Positions 28,287 through 37,109 of a stretch of 64,000 nucleotides of DNA are shown piece after piece; the stretch's first letter is position 1, and every line of letters begins with the position of its first letter. The notes under the pieces are model-generated. The model did no database searches and was not told the origin of the DNA. It was given only the letters and a program-made list of their open reading frames with translations. This DNA is from Candidatus Woesebacteria bacterium RIFCSPHIGHO2_01_FULL_38_10 (GTDB lineage: Bacteria; Patescibacteriota; Microgenomatia; UBA8517), in assembly GCA_001792215.1 (NCBI GenBank), contig MGGC01000033.1, positions 2,527 through 66,526 on the forward strand, given 5' to 3'. The translations under genes and the position numbers were made by a program.

Positions 28287-30608
28287 TTATTTTTTATCAA
28301 TCTTATAAGCGCTGCTGATGATAGCGTCAAAACTGTTAATTCTGCTTACTGCTGTATGGGGCAGGAGTTTATAAATCCACTGCTTGTTGGTTGCTCCAGA
28401 GGCGATTTTACACCATTCTTCAGCTTGTTTTGCCTTCTCCAAGACCTCTGGGTCTTTTTTGTCGAGTTTACTTTTATCTTTAACCTCCACCAAGTAATTA
28501 GCGTCTTTTCTTTCAACAATAAAATCGGGGTTGTAGTTACCGTAAATATACTTAATCGGTAGTTGCCCGTTCCTAAGTCTCAACCAGCTCACTACAGATT
28601 TATCTCTTTCCAGAGAGTCCGCTAACAGTTTCTCCTGGGTTGAATCAAAAACATAGGCTGGGTAAACACTTTTGTCATATCCCTTGATGATGTTGCCTCT
28701 GGATTCTGCTTCGCTCACTTCGTCTTTATCCAATGGCACAGCCGAGACCTTTACGACTTTCAGATAAGGTTCAAACGGCAACTGCTCATCAAGAACTCCA
28801 AACTTGATTCTTGTTTGTTCTTGGAGCTTCTCCTGAAGCTGAGGCAGAATATCATTTAAGATTGTCTGTTCATGCAGTTTAACCAGTTTCGATAGCTCTT
28901 TTCCTGTTACCTGGAGTTGATCAAGGTAGTGTTTTACGATCTTTTGTAAGATTGCCTTGAAAGAGATGTCAAACTCGGACATCTCCAAGATAATCAACCT
29001 AACGATGCGATTAACAGGATTGATTTCTTCTTTGATCTCGACTTCTCCAGCGTCTTCTGTTTGTCTGGAAACAATGTCTGTCTTAACCATTCTTGGCTTA
29101 ATCTTCTTTAATTCCTCCAAACGCAACTTAATCGGGAAGAACTCCAGTTTATTGCTGGAATAAACTTTCGCTTCGACAGCAGGTATCTTGATCCAAAGTT
29201 TTTTATTACCTGTTGGTTTGATCTCAACAGTCTTTAATTCTTCTTTCTTTTCAGCCTTTTTAACCCCAATCCCCTCAGCCACTTCATGGGCAACCGCTAT
29301 CACTCTGGCAAAGTTGTCATGGGAGATAATGTCGAGCGAGTCAAGTTCCTCAACGCCTGAAAGCTCGCCAAACGGTAGCCTAAGCCCTCTGCCGATAGTT
29401 TGCTCGATCAAAGTCTTACTGATTGAAGCCCTGAAGGGGATAATGGTGTAGACATTTTTGACATCCCAGCCTTCTTTGAGCTTGTCAACATGAACAACAA
29501 TCTCGTTTTTGTTAACTGGATAAGGTTCTTCCAAACGGAGAAGCTGATTGATTGAATCTACCTCGCTCTCGCTGGTTACCAATAGAGTTTTGTCCTTGTA
29601 ATAGCCATCAAAGAAACTGTCGCTTTCGATTAGAGCTTTAACATCTTTGGCGTGCTGAATGTTCTTGGTCGTTAGGAGAGTAACTGGTAAAACAAACGGC
29701 AATTTATTGTTTTTGCAGTATGCCTCGATAAGTGCTTTCTTCTCTCGGTGTCTCCTGATACCATCCTCAAGTTTCACTAACTCAAGGTCACCTTTGTAGG
29801 TGTAGTCATCACTTCTGGCTATAACATACGGAATCTTGATATAACCACCCTTAGCGCCATTGCCGTTGTGTAAGCTCGCCAAAGCCTTCTTAGAATCGTT
29901 TATGGCGTCTCCAAGGGTGTAAGAATAAACCACATTGTCGCTAATGGGTGTTGCCGTAAATTCCAGTCCCAACTCTGGTTTGAGATGGTTGATCGCTTTG
30001 ATCGACTTTACTCCCCGATACCTGTGACTCTCGTCCATTAAAATAACCAGATCCTTTTGCTGGAGAAGCTCGGCAAAGCTCGACCCCAGTGTTTCTTGAT
30101 AGCGGTGGAATCTAAACTCGACATCGGTTCTTTCGTTGAAAATCTTCTGGATATTAAAAACATAAATGTTAACCGCATCAAAAAGCTGATTGCCAAAGTT
30201 AGCATAGGTGTAATTTTCTCCTGTAATCAAATTAAACATTGGGAAATCAGTCAAACCATCCAGGACATATTTTTTGCTTGAAGGGGTAAAGTTATCGATA
30301 GTTTTGGTATAAATGGTTTCTCCTGGAGTTAGAATGAAAAAGTCTTTTAGCCCCTTCGTGTAGTAAAGATAAGCGATCATGGCTGCCATCAGTCTTGTTT
30401 TCCCCACACCTGTTGCCAGAGCAAAAGTAAAGGAAGGAAACTCTGTATCAAACTTCACATTTCCCACCAACCTCGCCTCAATATCTTCCAATTTGTCCCT
30501 GTCTAACTTAACCCCAGAAAGGATTGCGTCTAATTTGATCAATGAAAGCTCTTGTGGCTTTCTCAGGCTTAATTCTTTGGTTAATTTTTCTGTTATGTTC
30601 ATGCTCAT
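28287..30608 (-). CDS. res: Type III restriction enzyme, Res subunit (SF2 helicase-like ATPase plus C-terminal PD-ExK endonuclease).
   Basis: 773 aa. Walker A ALATGVGKTRLMAAM, DEAH-like MDESHRY, C-terminal D...LVEVKDK nuclease motif. Translationally coupled to the Mod gene. Confidence 0.85.
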   Translation of the reverse strand: MSMNITEKLTKELSLRKPQELSLIKLDAILSGVKLDRDKLEDIEARLVGNVKFDTEFPSFTFALATGVGKTRLMAAMIAYLYYTKGLKDFFILTPGETIYTKTIDNFTPSSKKYVLDGLTDFPMFNLITGENYTYANFGNQLFDAVNIYVFNIQKIFNERTDVEFRFHRYQETLGSSFAELLQQKDLVILMDESHRYRGVKSIKAINHLKPELGLEFTATPISDNVVYSYTLGDAINDSKKALASLHNGNGAKGGYIKIPYVIARSDDYTYKGDLELVKLEDGIRRHREKKALIEAYCKNNKLPFVLPVTLLTTKNIQHAKDVKALIESDSFFDGYYKDKTLLVTSESEVDSINQLLRLEEPYPVNKNEIVVHVDKLKEGWDVKNVYTIIPFRASISKTLIEQTIGRGLRLPFGELSGVEELDSLDIISHDNFARVIAVAHEVAEGIGVKKAEKKEELKTVEIKPTGNKKLWIKIPAVEAKVYSSNKLEFFPIKLRLEELKKIKPRMVKTDIVSRQTEDAGEVEIKEEINPVNRIVRLIILEMSEFDISFKAILQKIVKHYLDQLQVTGKELSKLVKLHEQTILNDILPQLQEKLQEQTRIKFGVLDEQLPFEPYLKVVKVSAVPLDKDEVSEAESRGNIIKGYDKSVYPAYVFDSTQEKLLADSLERDKSVVSWLRLRNGQLPIKYIYGNYNPDFIVERKDANYLVEVKDKSKLDKKDPEVLEKAKQAEEWCKIASGATNKQWIYKLLPHTAVSRINSFDAIISSAYKIDKK

Positions 30609-32272
30609 ACTTTGAATTTCTTGAGTAAAACATCAGGAATTTTCCTGATTTCTACATTTTCTGGTAATTTAATTTTACTCGATATGGTTTTGGCATAAAC
30701 GATCAGATAATCGGCTGCATCGCCAACTTCTCGCAAGATAGCACTTACATAATCTTGGTTGAGATATTGCTCGGTTACATGAGCGATAGTCCTTCCTGAA
30801 ACGCCGTGTAGGGCATTATTTGGATTAAGGAGTTTGAATCCTTCGACCTTCAAAACTGCCCGAATAAGAGTGCCGTTATATACTTTTGGATTTAGAACTG
30901 TCAATCTCAAGTCGTCATCTGCTACAAAAAGACTGTCCCCCAATTCAAAATACTTAAATCCACTCCCGCCCCTCCAATTTATTTCCTTACTGATTCCAGT
31001 CTGATCCTTACCCTCGACAACCTCTTTTAATCGCTTTAAGCAGTGCGTTTTAACTTGATCGCTAAACTCAACCATGATCCACTTTCTTCCCATCTTGTGT
31101 GCAACTGCCCCTGTAGTTCCCGAACCCGCAAAACTGTCAAGAATCCAATCGCTCTCTTTTGATCCTATCTCTAAGATTCTCTTTATCAACTTTTCAGGTT
31201 TCTTGCCCTTGGGAAATTCCACATTCCCTTCTTTTGCTATTCCTTGCCAACCGATGTCGTCCCAGAAGTTCGTTAGAGGTTCAACAATGCCCTTCTCGCC
31301 ATTTACTGTCCTAACTTTATCCTCTAAAAAGAGGATTCTATTTCCTTTATAGAAAAACATATCACTAAAATCTTCTCGTTTAAGTAAGTAGACTTTTTCA
31401 CCATCACTTTTTGATTTATCGATAAGTTCTCTTGCTGCCTGACTCACTCCCTTATAGTTTGGTAGTGCAAAACGGATCACCCCTTCTGGATTACCCACCG
31501 CAAACTTAACAACCTCTTTTTCAAATACTTTACTGGACAGTTTTTTCCTTGCCTCTGATGCAGAAGAGTATCCCAGCTCAGTTGCAACTTTATCCGCTAA
31601 ATTGATAAATCGCCATTTTTGATAATCCTCTGAGTAGTTCTCGATGAACTTGCTGTATTGCCTATCATATTTTTCTCTTAACACATGTTGTTGTTTGTAA
31701 CGCCATTCAGTTTTGTCTTTGCAGTAAACGATGAGATATTCGGTCACATTTACAGGAGCTGGGTTTATTGCCTTATGTCCTGTAGCAGCACTCCTTTTTA
31801 TGCTTATATTAACTACACGATTCTTACGACCAAATATCTCATCAAGGAGAACGCTCAAATAGGCAACCTCCGTATCATCAATTTCAACAAAAATTACTCC
31901 ATCTTTTTTTAATAAGTCGTGAAGAAGTTTTAGTCTGTCCCTCATCATCGTGAGCCAGATAGAATGCTCTAAGCCATCATCGTAGTATTCAAACGCAGAA
32001 CCAGTATTGAATGGAGGATCAATATAAATCAGCTTAATTTTGTTTCTAAAATCTTGCAGCAATGCCTTAAGCGCTAATAGATTATCGCCCTTTATGAGCA
32101 TGTTTTCAGCATCTCTATCACCGTAAGCTGCCTTTTCGAGAAATATACGAGGTTCAGATACTCTGGGGTCTTTTTTGTCTACCCAAAGATATTTTTTCTC
32201 TTTGAGATCATAGTAAAGACTTTTGTCTTTGTGATACCAGGTTAATTCTAATTTTTTATCGTTTTTAGTCAT
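30605..32272 (-). CDS. mod: Type III restriction-modification Mod subunit (N6-adenine DNA methyltransferase, beta-class motif order).
   Basis: 555 aa. Motif IV IYIDPPFNTG precedes motif I DSFAGSGTTGAVA. Overlaps the Res start by 4 nt. Confidence 0.85.
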   Translation of the reverse strand: MTKNDKKLELTWYHKDKSLYYDLKEKKYLWVDKKDPRVSEPRIFLEKAAYGDRDAENMLIKGDNLLALKALLQDFRNKIKLIYIDPPFNTGSAFEYYDDGLEHSIWLTMMRDRLKLLHDLLKKDGVIFVEIDDTEVAYLSVLLDEIFGRKNRVVNISIKRSAATGHKAINPAPVNVTEYLIVYCKDKTEWRYKQQHVLREKYDRQYSKFIENYSEDYQKWRFINLADKVATELGYSSASEARKKLSSKVFEKEVVKFAVGNPEGVIRFALPNYKGVSQAARELIDKSKSDGEKVYLLKREDFSDMFFYKGNRILFLEDKVRTVNGEKGIVEPLTNFWDDIGWQGIAKEGNVEFPKGKKPEKLIKRILEIGSKESDWILDSFAGSGTTGAVAHKMGRKWIMVEFSDQVKTHCLKRLKEVVEGKDQTGISKEINWRGGSGFKYFELGDSLFVADDDLRLTVLNPKVYNGTLIRAVLKVEGFKLLNPNNALHGVSGRTIAHVTEQYLNQDYVSAILREVGDAADYLIVYAKTISSKIKLPENVEIRKIPDVLLKKFKV

Positions 32273-32274
32273 AT

Positions 32275-32937
32275 TTATAAATTCTCTGCTAAGAATCTCT
32301 GCACGCCTTCAAGCATAGCCTTAACATCTTCTGTTTTGTAATCCTCAAACTTACCATGATCAGCGCTGTCTCTTATTGCCTTCCACGCCTGAATTTGTTT
32401 TTGAAGCAAGCGACTATAAACTTCTTTATCTGCGAGCTTTGTATTGAGTGATCCTATGTCATCGCCCGATTTGACATCGACAGTATGTTTCTGTGCAATT
32501 TGTCTCAGTCCATTTTCTAATACTGCTCCCACCAAAGAAGCAGCAGAGTCTTTGTAGCTGTTATCCAAGAGATGCTGAGCCATTTCGATAAAATCTGTGA
32601 AGATTTCAGCGCTTACTAAGTTTCTTACTCTTGTTAAATAACCAAGTTCCAAATCTTCTTTTAATGCCGTGAGGATGCCAATACCGTGGTCTACATCGCT
32701 TGGGTGGGCTGTTTTTACCCCGTCAACAAAGTTTTTGTAGTAAGGGCTGTCTTCTCCACAAACCATAGATATAAAGTTTTGTGAGTTATTCTTCCATTCG
32801 TGAAATAGAGGGCTATTGACCGTGGAGGGTGCAATAACATGCTCCGAACTGTTATTTCTTTTTGTTGCTGCGACTTTTTGCCCTTTTTCGAGCAGTTGTC
32901 CAACCCGCTCAATTAGCTTATTTGTTGTTGTGTTCAT
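32275..32937 (-). CDS. Hypothetical protein with an Rx4H motif in a predicted helical C-terminal region, a possible HEPN-like (DUF4145-type) partner of the R-M genes.
   Basis: 220 aa. AIRDSADHGKF matches the HEPN Rx4-6H signature. Sits between the HTH gene and Mod. Call made by motif inspection only. Confidence 0.4.
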   Translation of the reverse strand: MNTTTNKLIERVGQLLEKGQKVAATKRNNSSEHVIAPSTVNSPLFHEWKNNSQNFISMVCGEDSPYYKNFVDGVKTAHPSDVDHGIGILTALKEDLELGYLTRVRNLVSAEIFTDFIEMAQHLLDNSYKDSAASLVGAVLENGLRQIAQKHTVDVKSGDDIGSLNTKLADKEVYSRLLQKQIQAWKAIRDSADHGKFEDYKTEDVKAMLEGVQRFLAENL

Positions 32938-33125
32938 ATTTTTATTTTCATTAGCTTTTCTAAATCTCCAGGTCTGTATCTTCGATCTCCTCGCTTGTTG
33001 AGTCTTATAGCCTTCAGTTTACCGCTTTTATCCCATCGTCTAAGTGTCTCCACATGCACATTTAACACCTCAGCAGCTTGTTTAATGGTTAGTAGTTTTG
33101 GTAACTCGTCTTTATTCTTCGGCAT
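32934..33125 (-). CDS. Excisionase-family / MerR-like helix-turn-helix DNA-binding protein (copy 1), first gene of the defence operon.
   Basis: 63 aa. LTIKQAAEVLNVHVETLRRWDKSGKLKAIR is the classic Xis/AlpA-type HTH. Overlaps the next gene by 4 nt. Confidence 0.75.
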   Translation of the reverse strand: MPKNKDELPKLLTIKQAAEVLNVHVETLRRWDKSGKLKAIRLNKRGDRRYRPGDLEKLMKIKI

Positions 33126-33173
33126 AACTCAACTTAATTATACAAAAATTAAAGGAAAAAGGGTATACTAACC
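33126..33173 (-). promoter_or_regulatory. Putative promoter for HTH copy 1 (TATAAT-like -10 element); conserved with the region upstream of HTH copy 2.
   Basis: Sense-strand sequence upstream of the ATG reads ...TTTTTGTATAATTAAGTTGAGTT-ATG. The same GTATAATTA(A/T)GTTGAG core occurs upstream of the 36221 start codon. Confidence 0.35.
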
Positions 33174-34097
33174 TTGATGCGTAAAGTCGTCCCTCCGAAA
33201 CTCGTATGGAAGTATATCGGTGATGAGAGTTCTGAAAAGCGGAAGGAGTCGGAGGAGAGGGTAAGACAGGTTTATGATCGTATTTTTACGGCAGCAAGGG
33301 AGAATATGCGGCAGCGGAAGCATCAAGAAATTGGTAAAATTAAAGGGTCTAATATGAAGATGAAAAATAAGTTTGCTGTAGTTACGGGTTCATCTACTGG
33401 CATCGGTCAGGCTATTGCCATTGAGTTAGCCAAAAAAGGTGCTTTTATTGCTCTGGCTGGTCGCACGCAGGACAAGCTACTAAAAACAAAGAGTTTAATT
33501 ACTGAGAATGGTGGACAGGCAGAAGTATTTTTAGGGGATTTTACCAAGTTGGATTCGCTGGAAGCTCTTATTGCCTTAATTAAGCAAAAAACAGATAAAG
33601 TAGATGTCTTGGTGAATGTGGCTGGTATTTGGCATGGCGAGGATGAGGTTTATGCAGGTAAGGATTTTGAGTCTTTTCCTAAGCAAGTTATTCTTGACAC
33701 TTACGCAGTTGGCTTAACTGCGCCAACACTTCTTGCTCATGCTTTTATCCCCCTTATGCCAAAAGGAGGAAGGATTATCAATATCTCTGGAACATTTGAA
33801 AACGGAGCAAAAGGCTGGTTACCGTATTTTGTCTCCAAGAAGGGTATCGAAGATTTAACCATTGGACTTGCCGAGGAATTGAAGGATAAAGGAATACTGG
33901 TAAACGCCATTTCTCCTTCTGACACGGCTACTGATGCTTATAAAAAGTATTTTCCTCAGTATATTGGAGAAGTAATTGATCCGAAGGAGATTGGTAAATA
34001 TGCGGTATATTTGTGTTCAGAAGAAGCAAACGATATTACTGGCAAGGTTTTTGTCCTGAAAAAAGGCAAAGAACCCTATGAAGGTTATCACACTTAA
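33174..34097 (+). CDS. Short-chain dehydrogenase/reductase (SDR).
   Basis: Rossmann motif AVVTGSSTGIGQAIA and a catalytic YxxxK region (YFVSKKGIEDL). The true start is probably the internal Met near 33355 (MKMKNKFAVVTG); the listed N-terminal extension is doubtful. Confidence 0.8.
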   Translation: MMRKVVPPKLVWKYIGDESSEKRKESEERVRQVYDRIFTAARENMRQRKHQEIGKIKGSNMKMKNKFAVVTGSSTGIGQAIAIELAKKGAFIALAGRTQDKLLKTKSLITENGGQAEVFLGDFTKLDSLEALIALIKQKTDKVDVLVNVAGIWHGEDEVYAGKDFESFPKQVILDTYAVGLTAPTLLAHAFIPLMPKGGRIINISGTFENGAKGWLPYFVSKKGIEDLTIGLAEELKDKGILVNAISPSDTATDAYKKYFPQYIGEVIDPKEIGKYAVYLCSEEANDITGKVFVLKKGKEPYEGYHT

Positions 34098-34695
34098 TAT
34101 GAGCAAGGTTAAAGTTTTAATTGAAGGTTATGCTAAGAAAACCAAAGAAGGATGGTTAGCCTCATCTTCTACTACTCTTATTGAAGACGGTGGGAAAAAG
34201 ATAATTGTCGATCCTGGGATCAACAGGGAGTTACTGTTTCGAAAACTTAAAGATCAAGGCTTGACTCCTAACGGCATCGATATTGTCTTTATGACCCATT
34301 ACCACCCAGACCACATGTTTTTGACTTCAGTTTTTGAGAAAGCCATGGTAGTTGATGGCGATACCGTTTATGAAAAAGATAATGAAACTGGGTATGAGGG
34401 TAGAGTTCCAGGAACGAGCCTGGAGGTAATCCTTACTCCTGGACACGCTCATGAACACGCTGCCTTACTTGCTACAACCGAGAGGGGGAAAATCGTTGTT
34501 GCTGCGGATGTTTTTTGGTGGACAGACGAGGAAAAGCAACAAACGGATAATGTTAAGGCTCTGGTTAATAAGGAAGATCCTTTTACTAAGGATCGGGAAG
34601 CCTTGAAAGCAAGTAGAAGGAAAGTTTTAGAGATAGCTGATTGGATTATCCCTGGACATGGTAAAATGTTTAGGAATCCTAAAAAGAAAGGATAA
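34078..34695 (+). CDS. Metallo-beta-lactamase-fold hydrolase.
   Basis: 205 aa with the HxHxDH motif (MTHYHPDHMF) and later His/Asp ligands (PGHAHEHAA). Confidence 0.75.
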   Translation: MKVITLNMSKVKVLIEGYAKKTKEGWLASSSTTLIEDGGKKIIVDPGINRELLFRKLKDQGLTPNGIDIVFMTHYHPDHMFLTSVFEKAMVVDGDTVYEKDNETGYEGRVPGTSLEVILTPGHAHEHAALLATTERGKIVVAADVFWWTDEEKQQTDNVKALVNKEDPFTKDREALKASRRKVLEIADWIIPGHGKMFRNPKKKG

Positions 34696-34697
34696 AA

Positions 34698-35183
34698 ATG
34701 AAAAAGTTAATTCCACCAGATTTCCAAATACCAGAAGTTTTAGAAGCAGACAGGTTTAGATTGAGAATGCTGAAAGTTACAGATGTGGTTAAAGATTATG
34801 ATGCTGTAATGACCAGCATTGATCATCTCCAGGGCATATTCGGTGTTCGCTCTAAATGGCCTTCAAAAGATTTGACATTTGAGCAAGACTTGATTGATTT
34901 AGGCTGGCATCATAAAGAGTTCCAAACACGCTCATCCTTCGCTTATACGGTTATGAACCCAGGTGAAAGTCAATGTTTGGGCTGTGTCTATATTTTTCCT
35001 CCGACAAAATCTGGCTTTGATGCTGAAGTTTATATGTGGGTTAGAAAAAGTGCATACGATGAGGGCTTAGATCCCATTTTATACGAAACAGTTAAAAACT
35101 GGATTGCAGAAAAGTGGCCTTTTAAGAAAGTTGCCTACCCTGGAAGAGAGATCGATTGGGAAACATGGAAGTCTTTGGAATAG
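34698..35183 (+). CDS. Hypothetical protein, possibly a GNAT-like acyltransferase.
   Basis: 161 aa. Weak resemblance to the GNAT core (YTVMNPGESQCLGCVYIFP). Low-certainty call. Confidence 0.35.
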   Translation: MKKLIPPDFQIPEVLEADRFRLRMLKVTDVVKDYDAVMTSIDHLQGIFGVRSKWPSKDLTFEQDLIDLGWHHKEFQTRSSFAYTVMNPGESQCLGCVYIFPPTKSGFDAEVYMWVRKSAYDEGLDPILYETVKNWIAEKWPFKKVAYPGREIDWETWKSLE

Positions 35184-35563
35184 CGGGCAAGGATTAAGGT
35201 GTTGCTACAAAAAGTTTTAGGTTACGGCTAAAAGCTGCTGGGTAGATTTAAGTGTTGTTTCTGGAAATTCCAGGATGTCTAACCAGTTTGCTGACCTAAA
35301 ATCGTTCCATTTGTCCAGCAAGACTGGACGCTAAGCGACCGTAAGCTCTCAAATGGGTCGATTTGGCTTGCTAAATGTCCACTTTCTTATTAGGAGTCTC
35401 GGACCGTACCCTTGTTATTCAGCGGCCTTTTTTACTCTCGAAGATACGACCTTACGGTCGTGAAGATAGAGCTGTTCGCTGAAAAGCTGAATTAGTTGTC
35501 GTTTTCTCTCAATATCTCCATTACTTAAGATGTTCCTTGCGTAGTCCCTTACGTCCATTGTTT

Positions 35564-36031
35564 TCATCTGGGTTGATATCTTGCCTTAGGATCATCACCG
35601 TCAAACCTATTACTTGCTTCAAGTTTACAGGCAGACGCCAGGATTTCACTTGCGGTCGAAGTGCTGGTGTCAGCGGGAAGAATACAATGGAGTTGAATAC
35701 CTGTTTTACCCTCATATGTTGTGAGTTCAAAACCTGGGAAAATTGTTAATTCATAACCTTCTTGTTCCAGTTTTTTTGCTTCTGTGCAAAGGCTTTCCAG
35801 CACAGAGTCTTTGGGGTCATTAACAAAGTTGTGATCTGTAAGCGCAATAGCATCAAGTTTCTGCCTCCTGCAAAAAGCAACAAATTCTTTCGCAAAATCT
35901 TCTTTTGTATAGTCTTTACTTATTTTCTTTCCCTTCCAACGAGCATCAAGGCAAGTATGACAATGTAAGTCGCACTTAAAGAATTTAGCCTCTTTAAGCT
36001 GATATTTATCTGTGTTTGTATAGTCAGTCAT
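35564..36031 (-). pseudogene. Truncated PHP-domain gene, paralogous to the N-terminus of the 954-aa PHP-ATPase; the ATPase part is missing.
   Basis: 155 aa. KCDLHCHTCLD...AIALTDHNF...ELTIFPGFEL...GIQLHCILPADTS parallels WDLHVHSP...AVGITDY...ISLVLPNIEF...LNYHVIFSDEVS of the 25420..28284 protein. It is followed by about 380 bp with no ORF. Confidence 0.55.
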
Positions 36032-36221
36032 ATTTATTTTTCTTTAATAGATTCTCCAAATCTCTTGGGTCATAACGCCTATCGCCACGCTCGTTGACCC
36101 GAATGGCTTTCAGTTTTCCGCTTTTACCCCACCGTCTCAATGTCTCCACATGGACATTCAGCACTTCAGCTGCTTGGCGGATAGTTAACAGTTTTGGTAA
36201 AGTCGTCTTATTCTTCGGCAT
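36024..36221 (-). CDS. Excisionase-family / MerR-like HTH protein (copy 2), a near-identical paralog of 32934..33125.
   Basis: 65 aa. MPKNKTTLPKLLTIRQAAEVLNVHVETLRRWGKSGKLKAIRVNERGDRRY versus MPKNKDELPKLLTIKQAAEVLNVHVETLRRWDKSGKLKAIRLNKRGDRRY. The upstream promoter-like sequence is also conserved. Confidence 0.75.
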   Translation of the reverse strand: MPKNKTTLPKLLTIRQAAEVLNVHVETLRRWGKSGKLKAIRVNERGDRRYDPRDLENLLKKNKYD

Positions 36222-36286
36222 ACCTCAACATAATTATACAATTTTTGACCAAAAAGAGTTATACTTGTTTTGGTAAAATAAAAAGA
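36222..36286 (-). promoter_or_regulatory. Putative promoter for HTH copy 2, conserved with 33126..33173.
   Basis: Sense strand reads ...TTGGTCAAAAATTGTATAATTATGTTGAGGT-ATG. The TATAAT box sits at the same distance from the start codon as in copy 1. Confidence 0.35.
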
Positions 36287-36675
36287 ATGAAAACTGTTGT
36301 AATTTGCGGTAGCAGAAGGTTTAAAAAAGAAATAAGAGAGTTTGGAAGCAAACTGATTAAAGCAGGAATTGTTGTCTTTTCGCCCTATCTCCATGAAGGT
36401 AAAGACGAGTGGGATAAACTATCACTCCAATATAAAAAGTTCGTTGCTTTGGGTCTTACTCACAACCATTTTTATAAAATCAGGATGGCTGATGTTGTGT
36501 TTGTCTACAACAAAGATGGTTATGCTGGTGTAAGCACTGCCTTGAGCTTGGGTATGCTGTTGCTCTTGGGAAGCCAATTTACGCCCTATCGGATAAAGAT
36601 GAAGAACTTTGCAGACTAACTCTGTTCCGTGAGGTAGTTAAAACACCAAAAGAACTTATAAATAAACTAAAATGA
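36287..36675 (+). pseudogene. Nucleoside 2-deoxyribosyltransferase-like (SLOG/NDT-fold) protein with an apparent -1 frameshift near 36545.
   Basis: Starts MKTVVICGSRRFKKEIREF... At 36544 the reading frame that continues the family-like sequence (ELGYAVALGKPIYALSDKDEELCRLTLFREVVKTPKELINKLK*) is the -1 frame. In that frame the stop overlaps the next gene's ATG (ATGA at 36672). Confidence 0.5.
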
Positions 36676-37109
36676 AAATCGTAATTTGTGGCTCAATGGC
36701 TTTTGCACAGGATATGCTTAATGCTAAATGTCTTCTGGAGGAGAAAGGCTATCGAGTTGTTCTCCCCGAAGGCACAGATGAATACTGCAAAGGAAAATTA
36801 AAGAAACTTGCAAATGGATGGGGAACGGTTGAGGGAGCAAAGAGGAAGATCGATAACGATCTTATAAAAAAGCATTATAACGAAATAAAAGACGGTGATG
36901 CCATTTTAGTTATAAACAAGAGTAAAAACGGAATAAAAAATTACATCGGTGGTAATAGCTTTCTCGAAATGGGCTTTGCCTACATTCTGAATAAGAAGAT
37001 TTACACGCTAAATGATCTTCCAGACAGTCTTCCTATCTTTTATCAGGAACTTATTGCTATGCAACCTATATCACTTAGAGGAGATTTAAATAAAATTAAA
37101 AATGGGTAA
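36672..37109 (+). CDS. Nucleoside 2-deoxyribosyltransferase-like (SLOG/NDT-fold) protein, paralog of the upstream gene.
   Basis: 145 aa. Starts MKIVICGSMAFAQDM. The Rossmann-like layout is typical of the NDT/LOG superfamily. Confidence 0.6.
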   Translation: MKIVICGSMAFAQDMLNAKCLLEEKGYRVVLPEGTDEYCKGKLKKLANGWGTVEGAKRKIDNDLIKKHYNEIKDGDAILVINKSKNGIKNYIGGNSFLEMGFAYILNKKIYTLNDLPDSLPIFYQELIAMQPISLRGDLNKIKNG

